Assembly (NCBI RefSeq): GCF_001194135.2
Contig: NC_068990.1
Coordinates: 48,271,271-48,335,270, forward strand
Length of the DNA: 64,000 nucleotides
From: Octopus bimaculoides
Lineage: Eukaryota
Direction: 5' to 3'
Shown here: positions 14,132-26,340 of the stretch, piece by piece
Layout: every line of letters begins with the position of its first letter
How positions within the stretch are numbered: the first letter of the stretch is position 1
Position numbers and translations under genes: made by a program
The notes under the pieces: model-generated
What the model was told of the DNA's origin: nothing
Database searches by the model: none
What the model saw: the letters and a program-made list of their open reading frames with translations, nothing else

Positions 14132-15493
14132 GTGTGTGTGTGTGTGTGTATTTGTGCATATATGCATACATAAATGTAAGTTTACTTGTGGTTGTCCCTT
14201 GAGCATAATGTTGACCATCTTTGCCTTTGTGAATCCCGTAGTAACTCCACATTTTGAAATAAGTACACATCTTTCTGTGTGTATGTATGTATGCATATGT
14301 GTTTGTGTGCTTGCATGTGTTTGTGTGTGTGTTGTTGTTGGTGATGGTGGTGGTGGTGATATGTGTGTGTGTGTGTGTAATGAGGATAAGCATGTGTGTG
14401 AACTTGGATTCCTTTATTACACTTGTTATATATGTTTCAGTATTCGGTAATAAAATGGTTTCATGCTATAAATGCAATTGATACATGCAACTTACAAGTG
14501 CAAGCATACATAGTCAAAACCAGACACCTTCTTGGACATATATACATACTCACATACATTCACGGACACACACACACACACACACAGATGGGAGAGAATG
14601 AATAAGACATATGGTAGTCATCAAGTTGATTATGAGCATGATCACTTTCTCATTGAAAACATATCTGTTTAAGAGCTTTTCAGCCATAATCTCTCAAATG
14701 ACTTTCCTAACCCCGATTTACAAAACTTTGTGAGAAATGAACANNNNNNNNNNNNNNNNNNNNNNNNNNNNNNNNNNNNNNNNNNNNNNNNNNNNNNNNN
14801 NNNNNNNNNNNNNNNNNNNNNNNNNNNNNNNNNNNNNNNNNNNNNNNNNNNNNNNNNNNNNNNNNNNNNNNNNNNNNNNNNNNNNNNNNNNNNNNNNNNN
14901 NNNNNNNNNNNNNNNNNNNNNNNNNNNNNNNNNNNNNNNNNNNNNNNNNNNNNNNNNNNNNNNNNNNNNNNNNNNNNNNNNNNNNNNNNNNNNNNNNNNN
15001 NNNNNNNNNNNNNNNNNNNNNNNNNNNNNNNNNNNNNNNNNNNNNNNNNNNNNNNNNNNNNNNNNNNNNNNNNNNNNNNNNNNNNNNNNNNNNNNNNNNN
15101 NNNNNNNNNNNNNNNNNNNNNNNNNNNNNNNNNNNNNNNNNNNNNNNNNNNNNNNNNNNNNNNNNNNNNNNNNNNNNNNNNNNNNNNNNNNNNNNNNNNN
15201 NNNNNNNNNNNNNNNNNNNNNNNNNNNNNNNNNNNNNNNNNNNNNNNNNNNNNNNNNNNNNNNNNNNNNNNNNNNNNNNNNNNNNNNNNNNNNNNNNNNN
15301 NNNNNNNNNNNNNNNNNNNNNNNNNNNNNNNNNNNNNTGCAGTAACAGCAACTTAATGTGGCAGTCCTAGGAAAGGGAAGAATGCTACTGCTATTTAGCC
15401 CCACCACTTCTAGTTGGCTACATGACACAAGCATTCTGTGTCCTTAAGTTTTCAAACAGGGGAGATAAGCACCTCCACCCAACAAAGCCAGTA

Positions 15494-15536
15494 TTCAGAG
15501 ACTAGTTTCAGAGTAGTTGCCCTTCATCAGTCTGGA
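15494..15536 (-). ncRNA. Minimal type-I hammerhead ribozyme motif (copy 1)
   Basis: Minus strand: UCCAGA-CUGAUGA-A-GGG-CAACUAC-UCU-GAA-ACUAGU-C|UCUGAA. Core intact, helix I 5/6 bp, palindromic helix III ACUAGU, GUC cleavage triplet. Confidence 0.7.
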
Positions 15537-15786
15537 GTAGCTTGGCTTTGCTAGCTGTCGGTGCTAAATTCCCTGATCTACAAAATAGCAGTAGCATTCT
15601 TCCCTTTCCTGGGACTGCCACATTGAGTTGGCAACAACCCATCACTTTATCGTGCTGCTACTGCACTCTCTGAGAGATTTAGAAATGCAATATTTCTAAT
15701 TTTATAGATCAGTAAATTTATTTCACTTGAAATTCTATAAATTTTCAACAGCGATTTAGCACTGACAGCTAGCAAAACCAAGCTAC

Positions 15787-15829
15787 TCCAGACTGATGAA
15801 AGGCAACTACTCTGAAACTAGTCTCTGGA
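15787..15829 (+). ncRNA. Minimal type-I hammerhead ribozyme motif (copy 2)
   Basis: UCCAGA-CUGAUGA-A-AGG-CAACUAC-UCU-GAA-ACUAGU-C|UCUGGA. Perfect 6-bp helix I, 3-bp helix II, palindromic helix III; predicted cleavage after C15823. Confidence 0.75.
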
Positions 15830-16069
15830 TGCTGGCTTTGTTGGGTGGAGGTGCTTATCTCCCTTGTTTGAAAACTTAAGGTCACAGCATACTTGTGTCA
15901 CGTAGCCAACTAGAAACAGTGTTTCTTGGGGCTAAAAAATAGCAATAGCATTCTTCCCTTTCCTGGTACTGCCACAATAAATTGGCAACAAACCATCACT
16001 ATATATATATATATACATACATACATACATACACACACATATATATAGACATATATAGATGTATAGACA

Positions 16070-16200
16070 TAGGCATAGTTGTATGATTAAGAAGATCACA
16101 TGGGTTCGAGTTCAGTCAGAGTTTGTTATAACTTGGGAAAATGTCTCCCACTAAATCCCTGGGAAAGCCAAAGTCTTGTGAGTTGATTTGGAAAGCAGTA
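16070..16200 (+). mobile_element. Degenerate SINE family A head
   Basis: aggcatagttgtatgattaagaag...ggttcgagttcag...gggaaaatgtctcc...ccaaagtcttgtgagttgatttgg matches the family A 5' half. Confidence 0.55.
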
Positions 16201-16746
16201 ACTATCTTCAAAAGTGTGAATAGTATTCTATGAATTCAATTCAGACTTGGCAGGTTTCTCAATACAAAACAATTCAGTAACATGAATTGACTGTTACTAG
16301 ACTGAATCAATTCTATTGTAAAAATAATATACCCAATTTATTATTTAATATACAACCACCTCTTTTTTTCTGACTTATGAAAACTTATTAGACAACTACA
16401 TATATTTATATGTATGTATGTATGTATGTATCTATGTATGTATAACATGGAACAGTAATATTTTTATATATTGTCAAGCAATATATTATAGGTTATGGCA
16501 TGTAACTGATCAGAATGTTACAGTTGGCTTCATGCTGACTATTACACCTAGACAATATTGATGACTCTTCAAAAATTTTGCTTAGGTGCAATATCTGGTA
16601 TCAAAACCACCAGTAGCATTCTGACCAGTTATATGATATAACCAATAAACACACACACACAACATATACACACATATACATAAGCCATATCCTGTACAAC
16701 AAGTCATGAGCACACCTTTCTCATTGTCCAACATTATGCAACAAAC

Positions 16747-16777
<31 letters not shown>

Positions 16778-16780
<3 letters not shown>

Positions 16781-19687
16781 CAGAAATATCCAGCATTGCC
16801 TGTGTTAAAGAAAATAATAAATTTTTTAAATACCGTCTAGATTACACACCAACTTTCTACGTAACTCTGCAACCCATACCAATATGGAGCATAGACGTTA
16901 AGTGAAATGTGAAAGGAAAGTTTTCATCTCTTATATGTATATAAAGTAAATACACGTTCACCTAACTTATTCTGTAACCAAAAAACAGGCACAGATTATA
17001 AACAATGAAAGGCTGTGTGTAGAGTACACACACACACAAACAGACGATGAATATGTCACGTTATTGTTTCACTTTTATACATTCATGCATGTTAGTCAAA
17101 AAGTGAAAGTGTAATAGTAATTAACACTCAATGGTTTTACACTTTTGTATATGACATGGACCTACTATTCATGTAAGTGCTTCTTCATATACTATGTTTT
17201 CTGTCTTGCCATGTTTATCACTGAAAATGTAGAGGTTCTTTTCATCTCCAATTCTAGAACATCCAACATACAGTTGACATGTGAGAAGCAAGGTTGAAGG
17301 AGGTTAAGTCCCACCACCTTTAGAGACTGACATTGTGCTTTGTTGATAGACGTTGCAAAGCTTAGTCTGACAGAAAACTGCAGTCTCTTGAACTGAAAGG
17401 GGAGATCATTTGAGATGAGAAGTATCCTTGGAATAAAGATATCATGTTGCCATGATGGAGAAGAGGTTTCTCAGCTGCATAGGAGACTTGAACATGTGTG
17501 CTTCTGTCAGAGTGGCATCCCAGTGTGCATCATCTTCCAGAAGACCTCTGAGATGGAAAGTCTAGTGATATGTTCGACATATTATGTTATCAACTGTATA
17601 TAAAGCTGTGAATGATGTGGGTCCCTTGACATGGTGTAATAGTTAGGATGGACAACATAGACTCTGCCAAGTGTGTCTGATTTCTTGATTCCCAGATGAT
17701 GCATGAGTGCTCCAAGTGCACGTCTTTTCCAATAGTTTTGTTACCAAGTATGGAATTGTGGAACTTCATTGTATAGCAGTCTTGTAGCGAATTCATCATC
17801 TTGACAGATCTTGAAGAATGCTGTGAGTGTGGTATTTTTGGGAGCTTCCATTTGTAGTTGGACTGTGTCTGTCAGTATGTTGTCTCTGAGATGGAGGACA
17901 AGTCCATGCTTTTCATGTTCTTGCCCAACCAGAAGCACAGCTATTTCATTTGTTGTTGGTGCATTAAACCTCCCTCCATGTTGACCATATGATTTCTTGT
18001 CTGATCTGACAACTATCTTGTAATTCATGGAGTCATGTGGAATTGTTTCAAGTGCAGTCTTGAAGCTTCTGATCAGGTTGTTGTTATGCAGCATCTTTTG
18101 CAGAGACACTACAATGTTCATCCTGATGCCAGAAATGTTCTTGCACCTCTCTTGCCCTTTTTGTTGAGAATCACACATAAAATATATTTGAAGGAATTCT
18201 GGTGATTCATTTGGCAGAGGTAGTAGAGAGCCAAACTGATGATAAATTTGACCTTGGACCTTAAAAATTTGCATGAATCCTGGCTCAGTTATATTTCTTG
18301 TAGCTCCAGATAATGTCATCTGTAGTGCAGCATTGTACTGTCTAATTCTGTTTTGGAAGTGCATGGAATCTCGGTCAGTTGATGACAACAATTTCTTCAA
18401 TGGCTCTGAAGGTTGGAGGATAACCTTTCCACCACTACAGTACGGTGCAGGTGTCTCTCTACACTACTTCTTTGCTTTACAATGTATGCACTCAGTTGTC
18501 ACTGCACCAATGGAAACTCTAGTGTCATCTACATAATGAACTGCTGGATCATAATTGAAAGCTGCTTCATAGGAGTTGCTTCTCTAAGCTGTTGCAACTG
18601 CTCATCGTTCTGCAGTAGAGATGCTATTCCTTGTCAGTTGTGCATACCTCTATTCATCACTTTGAGATGCTCTAACTTTTATCATGCACAGTCTGTTTGT
18701 TTCTTGGCATGCTTCCCTTTCTGCAGCTATCTCTCTTTCCCTGGACAGAGACATTATTTTGGCTGACCTTGATATTGTAGACAAAGTGGCATAACTACAG
18801 ATTTCAGCCCGCCCCGACTTTGGATGACATTAACTTTCAGAAAAATGGATATTTTAAATGAAATTGTCTACAAATATACCTCGGACAGTGTAGATTCCAA
18901 GGACATAGGAATTTGGGGGGAAAACAATTGGGGGTTACTTTTGAGAACTGTTCCCATATTTGTTTCATTTTCTCAGTTTTGTGCAAAAATTATGGTAATG
19001 GAAATTATGTTTCTTAATATGATGGGCAGAAAGTAAATAAGAAATTTTAACAGAAAATCAAGTATTGTATGGGATGAAGTGAAATTAGTCACTCAGTGAA
19101 CCAAAGAGCCAGTATCGAAGAAACCAGAAACCGTCAACAACAGAAAAACACAAAACCGTACAGGTTGAAGTGAAATTTATGAAGATACTTCTGACAGTAA
19201 ATTATGAAATTACTTACATCAGTAATTGTGAACTTCTTTCTGTCAGTGATTTGCCATTGTTTGTTTGTAAATAGTGATTGAAAACTTAGACTTACAGTGA
19301 AAACAATAACAGGGAAGTTAAACAATGGCATATGAAACTTGAAAGTGAAAAGAATAGCATCTGAAAAATGAAAGTGAAAACAAGAGATATAGATAGACAG
19401 ATATGTTACAGAGAGATGGATAGAGAGATATACATTAAGAGATATGTTACGTCACTGATGCTAGAAAACCGAAAGTATATATTTTTAAAACTTTCAAAGA
19501 TGTGAATGTAATATAAAAAGCAATATTTTTCATTTTTTTAATAATTTTTAATAAAAGAATCAAATGAACAGCCTATTATTTGTCTGAGGTCAAATTATTA
19601 ATGCATCACAAGTATGAAAGCAATTGGTGAAGTTGTTTTCACATGAAAAGTGAATGTACACACATCTCTATTTTATATATTATTAGA
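16778..19687 (-). mobile_element. Helitron, internally deleted and degenerate (RepHel remnants)
   Basis: ORF 17741-18400 carries HFQNRIRQYNAALQMT, FKVQGQIYHQFGSLLP, PEFLQIYF, RFNAPTTNEIAVL and NTTLTAFFKICQDDEFATRLLYNEVP. A helicase C-terminus (IFIPRI, DLPFQFKRLQFSVRLSFA.SINKAQ.QSLKVVGLNL) lies at ~17290-17430. The 5' TC end (TCTAATAATATATAAAA) is at 19687 and a decayed 3' hairpin/CTAG-like end at ~16778-16805. Confidence 0.88.
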
Positions 19688-19694
19688 CATTACT

Positions 19695-19697
19695 TAG

Positions 19698-19741
<44 letters not shown>

Positions 19742-19800
19742 GGGGAGAGATAGACAGATAGATATATACATATATATATGTACACACACACACACACACT
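19695..19800. repeat. Compound (TA)n/(GA)n/(CA)n microsatellite
   Basis: Seen directly. Confidence 0.9.
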
Positions 19801-19949
19801 TTCTTCAAAGAGTCTCAAAAAATCAGCCCTGAGATCTATATGCCAAGTTGGGTATTTCATAAGCTTTAATATACTAAAAACTTGCCCATGTGCTGCTGAA
19901 GTTGGATGTGTCTAATATGCCCTTATGTCATTTATGCTACTAAATATGG

Positions 19950-19987
<38 letters not shown>

Positions 19988-20295
19988 TACATATAATCAG
20001 TTGCAATCAATATAAATAACAGAACAAATATAATTTTGTATTATCATTTGCTCCGGACCTAAATTTCTGAAGAGTTGTCAATATTATTTAGAGGCATTAT
20101 TCAATGTGAAACCAAGAATAACACTCTGATTAGTTATATGCTATAATATATTGTAATATATTGACTGAAAACGTTTGTAAATGTACGTGAATATGCATGT
20201 ATATATGTGTGTGTGTATTTATACACACGTTTATAATGTATATGATTGTATATGATTATATATACATATGCAAATAAGTGTTTGTATCTACATAC

Positions 20296-20334
<39 letters not shown>

Positions 20335-21091
20335 NNNNNNNNNNATATATATATATATATATATATATATACTCACACACACACACACACATACTTTCAG
20401 ACTCACATGTTCACATGTGCATGCACATAAAATGATTACATGAATGCATTACCTTGTCAGATGATATTTGTCTCATTATTTTCAGTCAAACTTCTAAACA
20501 TCATATACTCATGTGCTCTGAGGTGACACTTAAGATCAACTGATTATTTACAAGGTCAAGAACCAACACAAAAAACAAATCATTACAACTCCATTGGTAT
20601 GACCAAACATGTCTCTGATGGCATTCTAGTGACTGAGTCTTCTGAGGCTAAGGTTAAATTTACGCAACACACTGCAGAAGTGGGTATGCCATCTATAATA
20701 CATTAAAAGTCAGATTGAATCTTGCTTGCTTGCAAGCAATGTAACCCAGCCAAACTGGCACATAATGGGAAAATGCTAGGACTTAAGTGAGCCCTGAAAT
20801 GTAAATACAAATGAAATGAAACAAATTTTGCATAAATTGGATGAGTGGTTGTGAAGATATTTAGGGTTTTTAAGGTATAAATACCCAAAATGGTGCATAA
20901 TGGAAAAAGTCTCCGAAATTTACTTAAACCTGAAGGAAAGTAACTCTTACCTTTTGATTAGACTAATGAAAAATACAATTTATTTTTTTACAGTAAATAA
21001 TCATTTAGAAATATGTGATTTCAAAAATGTAAGTTGTTTGTACAATTAGTATTTATATTTTAGCTTGCTTTTAAACAGATAATATTTTTTT

Positions 21092-21265
21092 TATTCTTTT
21101 ATTTGTTTCAATCATTTGACTGCGGCCATGCAGCCAGGACTTCTTCTTTGTAAGCCTAGTACTTATTCTATCGATCTTTTTTGCTGGACTGCTGAGTTAT
21201 GGGGAATACGCCAGCATCGGTTGTCAAGCGATGTTGGGGGGACAAACACAAACACACACACATAC

Positions 21266-21355
<90 letters not shown>

Positions 21356-21512
21356 GACGGGCTTCTTTCAGTTCCTGTCAACAAAATCCACTCACAAGGT
21401 TTTGGTCGGCCCAAGGTTATAGTAGAAGACACTTGCCCAAGGTCCCATGCAGTGGAACTGAACCCAGAACCATGTGGTTGGTAAGCAAGCTACTTACCAC
21501 ACAGCCACTCCT
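21092..21512 (-). mobile_element. tRNA-derived SINE family A, near full length, with expanded internal (TA)n
   Basis: Co-linear with the 6247-6601 copy; retains the segment ggcccaaggttatagtagaagacacttgcccaagg that copy lacks. Confidence 0.88.
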
Positions 21513-22509
21513 ATATTTTTTTTCAAATTATTTTCAAGTGAATAACATTACAAATTTTTTTTGTCCTAAATATTTGGTAAAAGACCCATTCATAACCTGG
21601 GTGTGAGATCATTTTTTTCCATTGACTTTTTCAAGTGCATTCAACATATCTCACTTCCAAAGATTTGGTTGCTATTTCTAGCACGCCCTGCTACCACATA
21701 ACTGTTATTTGCGATAAAGGACCCAAAATACCTGTTACGTGGTAGCAGGGCGTGCAAGAAATAGCAGCCAAATCTTTCCTTTTGCTGGGGAAAGGTGCCA
21801 CTTACATGTGATTTCAATGTCACATTCATTGAAAGCATGCAAAATAATCTGGAAAAGAAAAAAAACACGAAACTCTAGCATATAATTAAATGGAGGCTCC
21901 TAGAACAACCAGAGTCATACTTCAATGGGAGCAAAAGATGTAAGCCTTATGTGACTCAAAGATCAAGAATCCTGAGAAACTCGCTTGACCTGGGGACCTT
22001 TTTAAACTCCAAAAAGGTGTTTAGTAAGTGCCCTCATCAGAGGAAATTTATGGTACAAACATGGAATTCCTCATCTACCAACTAGAGAAATGCTGCCAGG
22101 TTTGGACATCTTTGGCTGGCCCATCATGGATATAACTGATACTGGTCTATGTGGAATAACTCCACTGGTCACTCTGTGACCTGTCATAACAAACAAACTT
22201 CTAAATATATTTATATATGTATACATATGTATATAAAATCACTTATTGTCATCGTTTTATTTTGCACTTACTATTACAAAGGAAGCGAGGCCTAATGAGG
22301 GATATTTACACACATTTATGCATACATACATATTTCTCATCTTCATTGTTTTACATATACATTCTCTGCTAGCATGTGGTGGATAAATTGCCAGTTAGAA
22401 TCAGTACATACTCAGTGGTATTGCTCATTTAGACATGTCAGTGGTACTGCTCATACTCAGTGGTACTGCTCATTTACACATGTCAAGTGAATATATAGAG
22501 ATGACACAT

Positions 22510-22860
22510 TGATAGGGTAAGGGTGTGATGCATATCATGATGACATGCATCAAATTTCTATACAAGATGTTTCTCTTGCACATTACATCTGATTCCTCTT
22601 ATATTCAGTTGTTCTCTCAGTTTTTTAATACTTCATCATTCATGCATACTTACATTGCACATCAAATGAAGCATGCTTGCTTCAATTATTTCAAGTCCCT
22701 GCAAATTCTTTCTGTTCAAGAGCCATGTCTCCCTATCATGCAACATTGCATTTCATAGACATGCAGTGCACAATGTGCCTGTCATCCTTAAGAAGTGCTC
22801 TGTTGAGAGCATAAATCATAGCTCCTTGAACTTCTTTCAGTTTGTTCTTACTTTAGATAC
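22510..22860 (-). mobile_element. RTE LINE 3' fragment (degenerate)
   Basis: Minus translation AMLHDRETW...EASMLHLMCNVS...LREQLNIRGIRCNVQE matches the RTE C-terminus. Confidence 0.75.
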
Positions 22861-23237
22861 CATGCTCTCTAAACATCTATTCCACTGTTAATTAGATGAC
22901 TGATGCAACAGAAACTAACAATTCTAGGGAGCTTTTCAAGCATTCAATAATCTCCAAGGCTCTCAAGCAACAAAAAGTCTGGACACCACCGAAATGAGCC
23001 TTTTGTTGACAAAAGTTGCACATGTCGGGACTTACTTAGAAGCCCAGACAAGATTTTGTAATGGACTGCAAGCAAATGACACCATTTGCAGTCATTATTT
23101 ATAACCAATGAGTGAAACAGACACATAGACATAAAGGAAATACAAAATTACTCACACAAATACACACACACACACATACACATATATGATGTCAATCAAA
23201 TCCACTTCTAAGGCTTTGGTTAGCCTGGACCTGTTGT

Positions 23238-23530
23238 AGGCACTCCATCGCTTACGACGTCGAGGGTTCCAGTTGATCCGATCAACAGAACAGCCTGCTC
23301 ATGAAATTAATGTGCAAGTGGCTGAGCACTCCACAGACACATGTACCCTTAACGTAGTTCCCGGGGATATTCAGCGTGACACAGTGTGACAAGGCTGGCC
23401 CTTTGAATTACAAGCACAACATAAACAGGAAGTAAGAGTGAGAGAAAGTTGTGGTGAAAGAGTACAGCAGGGTTCGCCACCATCCCCTGCCAGAGCCTCA
23501 TGGAGCTTTAGGTATTTTCGCTCAATAAAC
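23238..23530 (-). mobile_element. tRNA-derived SINE family B (head lost in gap 23531-23723)
   Basis: Reverse complement of 48005-48295 at high identity. Confidence 0.88.
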
Positions 23531-24554
23531 NNNNNNNNNNNNNNNNNNNNNNNNNNNNNNNNNNNNNNNNNNNNNNNNNNNNNNNNNNNNNNNNNNNNNN
23601 NNNNNNNNNNNNNNNNNNNNNNNNNNNNNNNNNNNNNNNNNNNNNNNNNNNNNNNNNNNNNNNNNNNNNNNNNNNNNNNNNNNNNNNNNNNNNNNNNNNN
23701 NNNNNNNNNNNNNNNNNNNNNNNCCAGCCATTGGGCTGTGCATATTTGAAGAACTAAGGGACATACTATCTTGCAGGTGAAGGGTGGTGACTGGAAGAAC
23801 ATCCAGCTGTAGAAAACTTGCCTTAACAAGTTTTGTTTGAATCATACAAGCATGGAAAAGTGGATGTTAAAATGTCAATGATGACCTTGATAATGATATA
23901 TATATATATTGTTGGGTGGGGGGATACATGCATATGTGCATGTCTTTGTGTGTGTGTGGAGGGGTTTCTTTTAAGAAGGCAACTGTACAGCAGTTTGTTT
24001 TTTTATGAAATGCTTTTCATATTTTCCAAATTTTTCTTTTATATAATGTTTGGGACAATAAAAGTTCCCAGATTCATCAACCAAATATCTAGACTTTAGT
24101 AATCCTATCTTCTGAGTGAATCATTGCAACAGTTGATGCCTACCATAAAAGCAGATATATCATGGCAATGATATGCAGGTTTCTAATTCATTCTAACAAT
24201 ACTTTTCTTTCAACAATGAACAAATGCTGACTGTTAAAATCTAACTAGTTTTAGTAGAGTACATTATCTAGTAGTTATGATTTTGTACTGTTATCCTAAA
24301 TTTTTGAGAACTCTGTACAAGACAGAAAGACTTCTAATAGTAAAACTATCTCATTTTTGTTATGTAATATCATTGCACTAGCTATGTTCATTTTATATGT
24401 CCTCAGTTGCCAAGAAAGTTATCTGAGTTTGTAAAATAAACCGGTCATCAGGTATTTATTAATTAACTCAGAGTTTTGTTGTTGACATGGCTTAATTTTT
24501 TGTAACATCAAGAAATACCTTAGGAATGAGAACCCAGGTTTGAAATTTCCCCAA

Positions 24555-24600
24555 GACACCTGATGAAGGCTGGATGGTATATCAGCCAAAACGTTGTGTT
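24555..24600 (+). ncRNA. Degenerate minimal type-I hammerhead motif (G12 replaced by A) in a short Penelope-like repeat remnant (~24515-24645)
   Basis: GACAC-CUGAUGA-A-GGCUG(G)...(U)CAGCC-AAAACGUU|GUGUU. Helix I 5 bp, helix II GGCUG/CAGCC, palindromic AACGUU; the core GAAA reads AAAA. Confidence 0.55.
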
Positions 24601-25435
24601 AACAAGATGAGGACAAATATTCGTCAAATGTAAATAATGTACATCTATCTTATACTAAAAGGTTAGTTGGAAGAGCTAAATACAATGCAGAATTTTTGCT
24701 CTGAGATAGATAGCATATCCCTAGCAACAAACTACAGGCAAATTATTTTCTGAACAATGTTGAGTTTAATAATAAGGAATAAGAAGCAGATGTGCCATCA
24801 CTCATCTCAATAATGCATGCAATGAAATACCGACAATAGACTGTTAAAAGACTTAGGAACATTAATAAATGACTAATTAAGAAATCTTGAAGTCCTTAAT
24901 ATAAAAGATAAAAACAGGAGTATAATCAAGTTTTTAATACATGCATGCACACACACACAAATATATCATTATTTGTGGGTATGTATGTGGTGGTGGGGGG
25001 GGGGTAACAAAAAAGGTAGCACAGTGAATGGAGGGGCAACAGGGAAAATTATAGTCACAACAAATGTATGCAAACACATACAATCCTTGCCTCCATTTTC
25101 AACATCTTACACAGACATCTGTATGTGTATGTGTGTACATATATAAGTCAAACATGATACTGAAATGTAATTCAAATAAAACACTGTTTGGAAATATGTT
25201 ATACTTAACAAATAATATGTCTACAAATGCATACACAAATTTCTATATCAAATTTAGGTTAGCAGGAAACATATTCATGTTTTGCAGGGTGCTTACATTT
25301 TGTCTGAAGAACTATCAGAATCAATGTGAAAATTTATTTCTATTATGGAGGAGACAAGGATATTAATTGTAAGAAACGATATTCTGAACATGGGCATTGC
25401 AAAATGTATAGATTCTTTGATGTATGATATATATA

Positions 25436-26020
25436 TTAGGTCATCCCATAAATAATGTGATTCTTTTGTACTTATTTAATTTTTCAAAATTAAGATAAAC
25501 GAATTTCTTTTTCATCTATGATATACTCTCCTTAATTTTCAACAATGCTCTTCCACCTATCTGGTAGACTTGCAAGGCCCCTCTTCCATAATTCATTTGT
25601 CCATGAAGAAAAATACTCCTTCAGTACTGTTCTGACCTCATTTAGAGAATTCATATTTTTTCCATCCAAATGATTTTGAAGACTGCGAAATAAATGATAA
25701 TCAGATTGGGCAGTGTCCGGCAAATGTTGTGGGTGGGGTACCGCTTCCCAAAGTGTTCCAGTCTTTGGACTGTCATCCTTGCTGTATGTGGCCAAGCATT
25801 ATCCTGATGGAAGAACACCTTTCATCCTGAAACCAAAGATGGTACTGACTTGAATGACTAAATCCAAGCTTCTCTGCTAGTTCCTCAACAGTTATGATGG
25901 GATTTTGTTCCACCAAGTTTTGCAGGACATCCTCATCAAGCTCTACAGATTTTCCAGGATGAGGCTCATCTTCTAGGCTGGAGTTTCTGGCTCAGAATTT
26001 CTGGAACCACCGTTGACATG
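25436..26020 (-). mobile_element. Mariner transposon fragment (internally deleted)
   Basis: C-terminal peptide WEAVPHPQHLPDTAQSDYHLFRSLQNHLDGK...LPDRWKSIVEN (25532-25795). N-terminal HTH remnant CQRWFQKF..SLEDEPHPGKSVELDEDVLQNLVEQNPIITVEELAEKLGF (~25860-26020). TA plus TIR-like TTAGGTCATCCCATAAATAATG at 25434. Confidence 0.85.
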
Positions 26021-26029
26021 GGTTTATGC

Positions 26030-26200
26030 TTATTATCCAATCCCCATATACTATTCTTTGTAAGCCTAGTACTTATTCTATCGGTTTGTCTTGCCGAACC
26101 ACTAAGTGATAGTAATGTAAACACACCAACATCGGTTGTCAAGCGATGTTGGGGGGGGGGACAAACACAGACACACAAACATATACATACATACATATAT
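26030..26200 (-). mobile_element. SINE family A, 3' half
   Basis: ttctttgtaagcctagtacttattctatcgg...aacatcggttgtcaagcgatgttggggg is shared with the other family A copies. Confidence 0.8.
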
Positions 26201-26297
26201 ATATATATGTATATATTCATGCAACTGAAAAAAAAACACATTATTTATGGCTTGACCCAATGTGTGTGTGTGTGCACGTGCATGCACAACTTATATG

Positions 26298-26340
<43 letters not shown>

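Larger units (their letters stand above)
15338..15990. mobile_element. Inverted duplication of a ~230-bp hammerhead-bearing repeat (Penelope pLTR-like or retrozyme-like unit)
   Basis: 15350-15570 is the reverse complement of 15753-15983. A partial third copy lies at 15583-15665. Each full arm carries a CTGATGA...GAAACTAGTC motif. Confidence 0.75.

Noticed and set aside
18413-18766. 117-aa plus-strand Cys-rich ORF
   Set aside because: It is antisense to the Helitron N-terminal coiled-coil-like region and has no independent gene features.
22010-22045. Possible further hammerhead on the minus strand (CUGAUGAGGGCACUUACUAAACACC)
   Set aside because: The GAAA core, cleavage triplet and helix I cannot be formed; at best a decayed relic.
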